A stretch of 39,452 bases of DNA from Frankiales bacterium (lineage in GTDB: Bacteria > Actinomycetota > Actinomycetes > Mycobacteriales > SCTD01): contig JAOPVV010000331.1 of assembly GCA_025966005.1 (NCBI GenBank), forward strand, positions 1 through 39,452. The letters are read 5' to 3'. Shown here piece by piece: positions 18,285 through 26,935 of the stretch (the stretch's first letter is position 1; each line of letters opens with the position of its first letter). The translations under genes and the position numbers were made by a program. The notes below the pieces were generated by a model. The model had not been told where the DNA came from. It searched no databases and saw only the letters and a list, made by a program, of their open reading frames with translations.

Positions 18285-19384
18285 CCCGCTTCGCGTTCCT
18301 CGGCCTCCGGCTCGTGCGGCCGGACGACCTGCAGCATGGCCCGGCGCTGCCGGCTGTTGTCGTAGACCGGCACGGCGGCCAGCAGGCCCAGCAGGAAGGT
18401 GCCGACCGTCAGCACGAAGGCGACCAGCAGCAGTCCGGACGTGACGTCCAGCCGGGCCAGCAGGACCGCGAGCCAGCCCAGCGCGACGGTCGCGGCGTAC
18501 AGCAGGCACACCGCGACGGGCACCGGGATGCCGACCCAGACCAGCCGGTGGCTGGCGTGGTCGCGCCCGCCCTGCATCGGGCTGCGTCCGTGCGTCAGGC
18601 GCTGCCAGGTGACCAGCGTGGTGTCGAAGACCGGGACGCCCAGCACCAGCAGCGGGACGAACAGCGCGACGACGCTGGGGGTACCGCTCAGCGTGAGCTT
18701 GAGGCCGAGGACGGCCAGCAGGAAGCCCAGGAACAGCGATCCGGCGTCGCCCATGTAGATCTTGGCCGAGTGGAAGTTGTGGCGTAGGAACCCGGTCGCG
18801 CAGCCGGCGACCCCGGCGGCCAGGGCCGCGACGAGGAACTGCCCGTTGAGACCCGCGATGAGGCAGAACGCTCCGCCGGCCAGTGCGGCGACGCCGGCCG
18901 ATAGGCCGTCCATGTTGTCCAGCAGGTTGAACGCGTTGGTGATCCCGACGACCCACAGGATGGTGACGAGCACGTCGACGACGGGCCCTGCTTGCACGTC
19001 GGCGCCGCTGCCGGACGCGAACACGGCCACCCCGGCGCCGATCTCGACGACCAGCCGGAGGACCGGCGACAGCCCGCCCCGCAGGTCGTCGACGAGCCCC
19101 ATCACGGCCAGCACCAGCCCGATGCCGAGCAGGGTCCCGAGCTCGATGAGCACGCTGCTGGCTCGGTCGACCGCAGCGGCGGCGAGGCACATGGCGCTGA
19201 AACCGGCCACGATGGCCACGCCGCCCAGGTAGGGGACCGGGTTGGTCTGCGCCTTGCGGTGGTCCGGGACGTCCAGGACCTGCTTGGCCAGCGCCACCTT
19301 GAGCAGCAGCGGCGTCAGCACCCACGCGACGGCCAGGGAGCCGGCGAAGGCCGCGACGTAGGCCGGCCACTTGAGCTCCTCCAC
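18281..19384 (-). CDS. MraY/WecA/TagO-family polyprenyl-phosphate HexNAc-1-phosphate transferase
   Basis: PVPYLGG, GLVDD, NAFNLLDNMDGL, IYMGDAGS, GGRDHASHRL; multiple TM segments. Confidence 0.92.
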   Translation of the reverse strand: MEELKWPAYVAAFAGSLAVAWVLTPLLLKVALAKQVLDVPDHRKAQTNPVPYLGGVAIVAGFSAMCLAAAAVDRASSVLIELGTLLGIGLVLAVMGLVDDLRGGLSPVLRLVVEIGAGVAVFASGSGADVQAGPVVDVLVTILWVVGITNAFNLLDNMDGLSAGVAALAGGAFCLIAGLNGQFLVAALAAGVAGCATGFLRHNFHSAKIYMGDAGSLFLGFLLAVLGLKLTLSGTPSVVALFVPLLVLGVPVFDTTLVTWQRLTHGRSPMQGGRDHASHRLVWVGIPVPVAVCLLYAATVALGWLAVLLARLDVTSGLLLVAFVLTVGTFLLGLLAAVPVYDNSRQRRAMLQVVRPHEPEAEEREAG

Positions 19385-19419
19385 GCCGCGAGCCTAGTGG
19401 GCGGTTCGTCCCGTGCGGC

Positions 19420-19806
19420 TCAGCCGGCGCTCGTACCCTGCCGGCCGTAGCGGTCCTCGAGCCGTACGACGTCGGTGACCTCGGTGGTGCTCGCCTCGAG
19501 CATCACGGTGTCGACCAGGGCGGTCACGCGGTGCCGGGTGCCGGGGGTGAGGTGGATGCTCTCCCCGGGCTCGAGGTCGAACTCCTCGAGCTGCGACTCG
19601 TGCGGGCCGACCTCGACGCGCAGCCGCCCGGACTGCACGCAGATCGTCTCCTCCTTGCGCTCGTGGTACTGCAGCGACAGCGAGTGGCCCGCGGTGACGT
19701 GGATGGCCTTGCCGCAGAACTTGCCGTCGACCAGCGCGAACCACTCCTCGTGGCCCCACGGCTTGTCGACGCGCTTCACCGGGGACACCCAGTCCGACTT
19801 GCTCAT
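19420..19806 (-). CDS. Cupin, mannose-6-phosphate isomerase type II C-terminal-like
   Basis: RVDKPWG, LSLQYHERKEET, PGTRHR, DVVRLEDRYGR; ATGA overlap with the epimerase. Confidence 0.85.
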   Translation of the reverse strand: MSKSDWVSPVKRVDKPWGHEEWFALVDGKFCGKAIHVTAGHSLSLQYHERKEETICVQSGRLRVEVGPHESQLEEFDLEPGESIHLTPGTRHRVTALVDTVMLEASTTEVTDVVRLEDRYGRQGTSAG

Positions 19807-20762
19807 CGTCGCTGGTCCTCCACGACCATCTGCAGGATCTCGTCGAGGCCGACCTTCGGCTCGAAGCCCACGAGCTCGCGCGCGCGGGTGGTGTCGGGGA
19901 CGCGGCGCTGCATGTCCTCGAACCCCTCCTCGTAGGCCTCGTCGTAGGGGACGAAGCGCACCTTGCTGCTCGAGCCGACGAGGTCGACGATCCGGGTCGC
20001 GAGCTGCTCCATCGAGACCTCCTCGACCCCGCCGAGGTTGTACGCGCGGCCGCTGGCCTCGGGGTGGTCCATCAGCGCCAGCAGGCCCTGCACGACGTCG
20101 CCGACGAAGCAGAAGCAGCGGGTCTGCTGCCCGTCGCCGTAGACCGTGATCGCGTCGCCCTTGATCGCCTGGCCGACGAAGCGGGGGATGACCATGCCGT
20201 AGTGGCCGGTCTGCCGGGGCCCGACCGTGTTGAACAGCCGCACGATGACGGTGGGCAGGCCCTTCTGGCGCCAGTACGTGTAGGCGAGGATCTCCTCGAT
20301 CGCCTTGGCCTCGCTGTAGGACCAGCGGCTCTTGAGCGGCGAGCCGAGGATCCGGTCGTCCTCTTCGCCGAGCTTGTCGCTGGTGTTCTTGCCGTAGATC
20401 TCGCTGGTGCTGGTCACCAGCACCTTCGTGCCGTGCTTGTGGGCCTTCTCGAAGACGATCTCGCTGCCGCGGATGTTGGTCGCGAGGCTCTCGAGCGGCT
20501 TGTCGACGATGAGCTGCACCCCGACGGCGGCGGCGAGGTGGAAGCAGACGTCCACCCGGCTCATCACGTCGTCCATGAGGTCGGCGTTCAGGATGCTGCC
20601 GAGCACGAACTCGACGTCGTCGCGCTGGCGCAGGTGCTCGATGTTCTCGAGCCGACCGGTGCTGAGGTTGTCCAGCAGGATGATCGAGTCGCCGCGGGCG
20701 AGCAGGGCGTCGGCGAGGTGCGAGCCGATGAACCCGGCCCCGCCCGTGATCAGTGCGCGCAT
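19803..20762 (-). CDS. NAD-dependent nucleotide-sugar epimerase/dehydratase (extended SDR)
   Basis: ITGGAGFIGSH, STSEIYG, YSEAK (YxxxK), RLFNTVGPRQ, DMQRRVPD. Confidence 0.92.
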   Translation of the reverse strand: MRALITGGAGFIGSHLADALLARGDSIILLDNLSTGRLENIEHLRQRDDVEFVLGSILNADLMDDVMSRVDVCFHLAAAVGVQLIVDKPLESLATNIRGSEIVFEKAHKHGTKVLVTSTSEIYGKNTSDKLGEEDDRILGSPLKSRWSYSEAKAIEEILAYTYWRQKGLPTVIVRLFNTVGPRQTGHYGMVIPRFVGQAIKGDAITVYGDGQQTRCFCFVGDVVQGLLALMDHPEASGRAYNLGGVEEVSMEQLATRIVDLVGSSSKVRFVPYDEAYEEGFEDMQRRVPDTTRARELVGFEPKVGLDEILQMVVEDQRR

Positions 20763-20771
20763 CGGGTCAAC

Positions 20772-21851
20772 CTACCGGCGCGACGCCACCTCGGCGTACA
20801 GCGCGCGGTGCGCGTCGACCATCCCCTGGACGCCGAACCGCTGCTCCGCGGTCGCGCGCGCCTGCGGTCCGAGGTCCTGCGCCAGCACGCGTCGAAGCGC
20901 GGCGGCGAGCTCGGCCGGGTCGGTGCCGACCACCTCACCGGTGACGACCTCACGGGCGCTCCCGACGTCGGTGCTGACCGCCGGGGTCCCGCACATCGCC
21001 GCCTCGACCAGGCTCACCGGCATCCCCTCGTTGTCGCTGGTCAGCAGGGCGACATCGGCGGCGGCGTGGACGGTCTCGACGTCCCCGCGCCAGCCGAGGA
21101 AGCGGACGTTCGCCGGGGCGTCGGCCCTGCTCTGCTGGAGGAGCGGGCCCTCGCCGGCGACGAGGAACGTGACCTCCGGCAGGAGCCGGGCCACCGCGAG
21201 CAGCCGGTCCGGGCGCTTGATCGGGATGAGACGCCCGACGGTGGCCACGACAGGTCCGTCGAGGCCGAGGGCTGCCTTGGCGTCAGCTCGGCTCGGACTC
21301 GTGCCCACCGAGATGCCGGGCGGGATGACGATGTACTGCGCGGCCCGGCCGATGCCTGCCCCCAGCAGGTCGTCGCGCACCCGGTCGCCGACCGCGACGA
21401 TGCGGTCGGTGGTCCGGGCGAGCACGCGCTCGGTCGTGACGACGGCCCGCGTGACGGTGGGGGAGAAGTAGCCGTGCAGCAGGTGACCGTGGAAGGTGTG
21501 GACGACGCCCGGCACGCGGGCGGCCCGCGCGGCCAGGCGTCCGAGCGTCCCCGCCTTGGCGGTGTGGGTGTGGACGACGTCCGGACGGCGCCGGCGCAGC
21601 TCGCGGGTGAGGAACGCCAGGGCCCGCAGGTCGTCGCCGGGACGTGGGCTCCGGCCGAGCCCCGGCACCCGGGTGAACGGCGTCTGCGGGCTGCGCAGAG
21701 CCAGGTGGTCGGCTTCGCCGTGCTGCACCTCGCCGGTGAGCAGTGCCTGGTCGGGCAGGTGCTCGAGCAGCTCGACCACGATCGCCGCGGGTCCACCGAC
21801 GTTCATGCGCGCGATCACGTGCACGACGGACGGCTGGCCTCGTGGGCTCAC
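20772..21851 (-). CDS. GT4 family glycosyltransferase
   Basis: IARMNVGGPA, HTHTAKAG, HTFHGH, SDNEGMPVSLVEA (EX7E). Confidence 0.9.
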   Translation of the reverse strand: MSPRGQPSVVHVIARMNVGGPAAIVVELLEHLPDQALLTGEVQHGEADHLALRSPQTPFTRVPGLGRSPRPGDDLRALAFLTRELRRRRPDVVHTHTAKAGTLGRLAARAARVPGVVHTFHGHLLHGYFSPTVTRAVVTTERVLARTTDRIVAVGDRVRDDLLGAGIGRAAQYIVIPPGISVGTSPSRADAKAALGLDGPVVATVGRLIPIKRPDRLLAVARLLPEVTFLVAGEGPLLQQSRADAPANVRFLGWRGDVETVHAAADVALLTSDNEGMPVSLVEAAMCGTPAVSTDVGSAREVVTGEVVGTDPAELAAALRRVLAQDLGPQARATAEQRFGVQGMVDAHRALYAEVASRR

Positions 21852-23683
21852 GGAGCCAGGTCGACCAGGACGTCGGGTCCGGTGACGACAGCCCGGGCGC
21901 TCGCCGGCAGGCCGCGCAAGATCGCGCTGAGCTGCTCAGGGCTCATGGCGTCCAGCGACGAAGCCGGGGCTCCGTGGACGACCACGTAGCGGACCTGCAG
22001 CTCCCGAAGGCGCGACAGTGCTGCCTCGGACGGGAAGGTGTTGATGATCTGCACGTCTGCGACGTACCCGGGCCTGACGTACCCCGAGTAGCCGTTCACG
22101 CGCGGGTGCCAGTCCAGACTGGCGTACAGCTGCCGAGGCGACTCGACGTACGGGTAGTCAGGGCCGTTCGTCGAGGGGTCGACCATCGGCAGCTCGACCG
22201 CGGGGCCCGCCGGCCGCTCGGAGAGGGCTTCGTAGACCCCCAGGGTCGCTGGGTCTGCCGGGAGGGTCGCCCACGTGTTCGTCCTGGCGAGCTCGGCCAG
22301 GACCACGACCGACGCTGCGGCGACGGCGCTCCACTGCCAACGCGGGCGAAGGCGCTCGGTCAGGAGCTGGACACCGAGGCAGACGAGGAGCGCGCCCGCC
22401 ACGAGGCCTCCCACGGCCAGCCGCGCAGGCACGCGGACGCCGCTGAAGCCCGGCGCGAGCTCGTAGAGGACCCGGAAGGGCGCGATGTGCCCCATGAAGG
22501 TGGGCCCGAGGCTGCACAGCACGCAGACCAGACCGGCGGCGAGGACGAGGTGCATGCCCAGGCGCCGGTCACGTGGCTGCTCGAGGACGCCGCCCCGACT
22601 GGTCACTGCGCCGGGTGTGCGACGACGCAGGGCCGCGACGCCGACGACCGCGAAGCCGGCGGTCAGGAGGCCGGGGAAGAATCGGTACTCGTGCCCGCGG
22701 GCGGCGGCCCTGGTCGCCTGCTCGCCGTACAGCAGCGAGCCGGAGGCGGGCGTCAGGAGGTCAGCGACCTCGAGGCTGCTCCGGGGCTCCAGGCCCCGAG
22801 CGAACGCCGGGTCCGACTGCGTCGCGAGGTACGGCAGGACGAGCGGGAGGGTGCAGACCCCCGCGACGACACCGGCGACGACGATGGCCCGTAGCTGCCT
22901 GCTCCCCGTCGAGCCACGCCGGACGGCCACCCAGCCCACCGCCACCGTCGTGGCCATGGCGGCCCAGACCACGGCGTAGTAGGCAGCGGCCAGGACGATG
23001 AGGCAGGTCAGGACGCCGACGGCCACGGCATGGCGGAGGCGCCCGTGCACCAGCACCTTCAGCAGCAGCAGGAGTCCCAAGGGCAGCCCTGCGGCGGCGA
23101 GCAGCTGCACGTTGCCGAGGTGTGACATGAAGTAGGTCGTGAAGCCGAACCCGAGCGCTGAGACCACGGCCCCGCCGGTCGACCCCGTCAACCACCTGAC
23201 CAGGGAGTAACTGGCCAGGAGGTTCGACATGAAAAGCCCTACGACGGTCGCGTTGAGCGCCAGCGCCCAGTTCTCCGTGAGGGCGTACACCGGTGTGAAG
23301 ACGACGGCCAACGGCAGGAGCGAGTCCGAGTACGTGAGCGTGTCCGCAGCGGGCCAGAAGTTCGGGGCGTCGTAGTACGAGGTCGGGTCACTCGTGAACG
23401 CCTGACCGACCCAGGACAGCAGCCAGGCGATGAGGGTGGGATCTCCGAGGTTGTCCGGCACGGCAGTCCGCAGCTGCTCCACGGTCGGCCGCAGCATCAC
23501 GGCGGTCGCGAGCGCCAAGACTGCCGTCACGGCGATGCGCCGACGCCACGTCGCGAGCCCCCCCGGCGACGTGTGGTGGGCTCGGAGCTGCCGGAGCGCG
23601 CTCACCGTCGATGACGGGTGCTCGGGCCGGGCGGCCGCCTCGTCCGGTGTGGGGAGGGTCGTTGTACCGGGACGAGGTGCCAC
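21848..23683 (-). CDS. GT-C-type multi-TM membrane protein (YfhO-like putative polyprenol-P-sugar-dependent transferase)
   Basis: C-terminal part of the 1322-aa track ORF, with its own start GTG 23683 (TACGCT-N6). DNLGDP acidic loop after the first TM, many TMs, PGFSGVRVPAR and VNGYSGY motifs. Confidence 0.7.
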   Translation of the reverse strand: MAPRPGTTTLPTPDEAAARPEHPSSTVSALRQLRAHHTSPGGLATWRRRIAVTAVLALATAVMLRPTVEQLRTAVPDNLGDPTLIAWLLSWVGQAFTSDPTSYYDAPNFWPAADTLTYSDSLLPLAVVFTPVYALTENWALALNATVVGLFMSNLLASYSLVRWLTGSTGGAVVSALGFGFTTYFMSHLGNVQLLAAAGLPLGLLLLLKVLVHGRLRHAVAVGVLTCLIVLAAAYYAVVWAAMATTVAVGWVAVRRGSTGSRQLRAIVVAGVVAGVCTLPLVLPYLATQSDPAFARGLEPRSSLEVADLLTPASGSLLYGEQATRAAARGHEYRFFPGLLTAGFAVVGVAALRRRTPGAVTSRGGVLEQPRDRRLGMHLVLAAGLVCVLCSLGPTFMGHIAPFRVLYELAPGFSGVRVPARLAVGGLVAGALLVCLGVQLLTERLRPRWQWSAVAAASVVVLAELARTNTWATLPADPATLGVYEALSERPAGPAVELPMVDPSTNGPDYPYVESPRQLYASLDWHPRVNGYSGYVRPGYVADVQIINTFPSEAALSRLRELQVRYVVVHGAPASSLDAMSPEQLSAILRGLPASARAVVTGPDVLVDLAP

Positions 23684-23689
23684 ATCGCG

Positions 23690-23743
23690 AGCGTACGGGG
23701 GCCGGGCTCCGCAGCGCCGCGCGCTCCCGAGGGCCCGTACGCT
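23690..23743. promoter_or_regulatory. Divergent pair of leaderless-type -10 elements forming a 10-bp inverted repeat
   Basis: AGCGTACGGG (23690-23699) and CCCGTACGCT (23734-23743); each TACGCT lies 6 nt before a GTG start (23683 minus, 23750 plus). Confidence 0.6.
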
Positions 23744-23749
23744 GCCGCC

Positions 23750-24436
23750 GTGAAGCTGTCGATCCTCATGCCCGTGTTCAACGAGGGCGCCACGCTCGCT
23801 GCGGCCCTCAAGCAGGTTCTCGCGGTGGAGTACCCCTGTGACGTCGAGCTCGTCGTCGTGGACGACGGCAGTGGCGACGACTCGTGGCAGGTGCTGACGT
23901 CCTTCGACGACGAGCGGCTCGTGTGCCGCCAGCACCCGCTGAACCGCGGAAAGGGCGCGGCCATCCGCACCGCGAGCGTGGCCGCGACCGGCGACTACAT
24001 GATCATTTGCGACGCCGACCTCGAGTACTCGCCCGAGGAGATCCCGTCCCTGCTGGCGCCGGTGATCAAGGGCGACTCCGACGTCGTCTACGGCACGCGC
24101 ACCTTCGGCAGCCACAACGCCTACAGCTTCTGGTACGTCCTGGGGAACAAGGGCGTCACGCTCGCGGCCAACGTCCTCTACAACGCCTACATCTCCGATC
24201 TGGAGACCTGCTTCAAGCTCATGCCGCTCGCGCTCTACCGGGAGCTCGACGTGGTCTCCGCCGGCTTCGGCATGGAGGCCGAGGTCACGGCGAAGCTCCT
24301 CCGCCGCGGTCACCGCCCCTACGAGGTGCCCATCAGCTACAAGGCGCGCTCCCGCGAGGAGGGGAAGAAGCTGACGTGGAAGGACGGTGTCGAGGCCATC
24401 TGGATCCTCGCTCGTCTCAGGGCCGGCAAGGCCTGA
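23750..24436 (+). CDS. GT2 polyprenol-phosphate glycosyltransferase (DPM1/GtrB-like)
   Basis: LSILMPVFNE, VVDDGSGD, NRGKGAA, CDADLEY, DLETCFK, EVPISY, EEGKKLTWKDG. Confidence 0.92.
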   Translation: MKLSILMPVFNEGATLAAALKQVLAVEYPCDVELVVVDDGSGDDSWQVLTSFDDERLVCRQHPLNRGKGAAIRTASVAATGDYMIICDADLEYSPEEIPSLLAPVIKGDSDVVYGTRTFGSHNAYSFWYVLGNKGVTLAANVLYNAYISDLETCFKLMPLALYRELDVVSAGFGMEAEVTAKLLRRGHRPYEVPISYKARSREEGKKLTWKDGVEAIWILARLRAGKA

Positions 24437-25925
24437 CCTCGAGCGGGCTGCGCCGGAAGGAAGGGGACGCGCCAGCGCCACGACCGCCAGCGCCGCCGCG
24501 AGGGCCGTGCCCGTGATGCGTCCGGGGAGCGCCGTGCCACCACCACGGGTCGCCGCTGCGACAAGGACCTGGCCGTCTGCTCGGGCCATCACCGCACGCA
24601 CGTACCCGTAGTAGCGGTCGACGTCCTCCTGGATCGGCAGCGCTGTCAGCGCGGGACAGCCGTCGACCGGCTCGATCAGCTCCTGCACGGCTGACTCGGC
24701 GGACCAGGGGGAGCCGGCGCTGACCCATGCGACGCCCGCCACGGCCAGAACCACGAGCCCTCGCACGGGCGGGGGCAGTAGCCGGAGGTCCTGGCGGCCT
24801 CGGAGTGACGGCAGGGCCAGCAGGACGGCGAGGGCTGCTGCCGGCAGGACCGGTATCGCCAGGCGGGGTCCGAACGCAAGCCACCCGAACGGCGGGTACC
24901 AGGCTGCGAGCGCCGTGGTCGAGCCGATCGCAGCAGCGGCGACGAGCACGGCCCACAGCCCACCCGCCCGTTCCCGGGTCGTCTCCCGCAACCGCCCGCC
25001 GCCGACGGCGAGTCCGACCAGCAGCACGGCAGTCACCACGGGCCAGGAGAGGGCGACGCCGGCGGACGGGCTGAACCACTGGAAGAAGGCGAACGGCAGC
25101 AGGCTCTCCCGTTCGGTACCGAACTCGGGGACCAGGTAGCCCGCGTTCCGCACGGTGCCGAACCGCAGGACGTTGAAGGCCCCGGACAGCAGCAGCGCCG
25201 TCGCGGCCCCGGCGCCGACACGGACGACCACGGTCCGCTCCGGGAACGTGCGCCCGCGGCTCGCCGCGGCCAGACACAGGACGATGACTACCGGGAGCAG
25301 CGTCTCCTTCCCGAGGCAGGCCACGAGCACGACCGGTCCGATCCAGCGCAGCACCCCGAGGCGGGCGACGGTCACGGCGCCGACGAGCGCGGCGGCGGCC
25401 AGCATCTCGCCGAACCCCGCGGTCGACTGGTACGGCGCGGTGCTCACCAGGACCGCGAGGACGGCCACCGCCGCCCGGGCCCGCTGGTCGGGGCGGCGGA
25501 CTGCGTCGAAGGCGAGGACGGGGAGGGCCAGGCACAAGGCGAAGCACGCCAGGGACAGCGAGGCCAGCAGTACCACGACGTGGTCCACGGACAGGCCCGC
25601 CGCCGTGACCAGCGCCGCTGGCAGGTACTGCAGCAACGGGTACGGGCCGATGGCGCTGTACGTGTCGACCGTCGAGCAGGAGGACAGGACTCCCGAGGTC
25701 AGGCAGTCCAGGGCGACGCGGTGCCAGCGGCCAGGTTGTTCCTGTCGCCGGTGTTGATGTTGCCGACACGGAGCCCGAGGCTCAGGACGAGCAGGACGTA
25801 GACCGCCGCCAGGCACGGCGCGCCCAGAGCCGCCGCACGGGCGGCGGCCCCTCTCCCTGTGGCTCCGGCAGCGGGGGCAGCTGTGCAGCCCCTCGCTCGC
25901 TGGTCGTCCGGCCAGGCTTGCTCAT
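24417..25925 (-). pseudogene. GT-C-type multi-TM membrane protein, interrupted by frameshifts (decay or assembly error)
   Basis: ATG 25925 overlaps the upstream TGA. The frame changes at ~25820 and ~25720 before the main TM-rich body (GPYPLLQY...GKET...FGPRLAIP). There is no in-frame stop at the expected end; one more -1 shift would end it at 24417. Confidence 0.55.
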
Positions 25926-26935
25926 CGGGACCCTCCGCAGGGGCAGCGGTCAGCGACCGAGGCCAACCAGGCCAGCACCGCCTCGGAGTCGTCGGCGTCC
26001 ACGACCGCTCCGGCAGGCGGCGGTTGCGCAACGCCGGCGCGGCCGCGGAGGCGGGCCGCCGTCAACGCGGCGAACACGGCTGGCTCAGCGGCGACGTCGA
26101 GGAGCGGGTGCTTCTTCAACCCATGGGCCCCGGCCGGCGTCGTCACGACCGGAAGGCCGGCGAGCAGGGGTGACAGCACCTTGCGCTTGACGCCGGCGCC
26201 GTGCGCCACCGGCGCGAGGTGCACGTCGCCGACCTGGTACAGCTCCGACTCGTCGGCGACGTAGCCGGCGTTCCGGAACCGCCAGGGCAGCGCGGGGGCG
26301 TGCGGACCGTGCAGCACTATCGACCAGTCCACCCCCTGGAGGATGTCCTCGAGCAGCGGCAGGCACAGATCGACGAACCACGCGAGGCCGTCGCGGTTCG
26401 GGGCGTAGGACCAGTCACCCGCCATCAGCAGCCGTCCTGCAGGCGCCGTCGAGGGCTGCAGGACCGGCGCGTCGGGTCGGCCGGGCAGGACCAGTCGCCG
26501 CCGGCCGCGGACGGTGCCGCGATCCTCGGCCCGGTCGGCCGCGGAGATCCACGTGACCAGGTCGGGCCGGGGCATGGTGGCGAGCGTCGCGGCGTCGCGG
26601 AGCACACGCGCGGCGTAGAGGGGGTGCCCGGCGCGCAGCCCGGACCGGTCGACGAGCAGCCACGAGTCGACGGCGTCCAGCCAGACCGTGCCGCACCGGC
26701 GGCGCAGCGCCCGCACCGAGCCGGCAACCGCGTAGCTGACCACGACGCCGAGACAGGGCCGTACAGCCACCGTCCCGAGGCCGCGTGCGGTCGTCGTCTG
26801 CGCGGTGAATCCGGCCTCGTCCAGCACGGCGACGACGTCCCGCACGCGCAGGCTGGCTCCGGTCGTCCGGCCCGAATCGGCGGTCGGCGTGACGACAACG
26901 AGCGCGTCGTGCCGACCTGCTGACGGGTCAGCCAC
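25922..26935 (-). CDS. GT-B (GT4-like) glycosyltransferase
   Basis: GDWSYAPNRDGLAWF, APVAHGAGVKRKVL, GLPVVTTPAGAHG. Confidence 0.78.
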   Translation of the reverse strand: MADPSAGRHDALVVVTPTADSGRTTGASLRVRDVVAVLDEAGFTAQTTTARGLGTVAVRPCLGVVVSYAVAGSVRALRRRCGTVWLDAVDSWLLVDRSGLRAGHPLYAARVLRDAATLATMPRPDLVTWISAADRAEDRGTVRGRRRLVLPGRPDAPVLQPSTAPAGRLLMAGDWSYAPNRDGLAWFVDLCLPLLEDILQGVDWSIVLHGPHAPALPWRFRNAGYVADESELYQVGDVHLAPVAHGAGVKRKVLSPLLAGLPVVTTPAGAHGLKKHPLLDVAAEPAVFAALTAARLRGRAGVAQPPPAGAVVDADDSEAVLAWLASVADRCPCGGSR

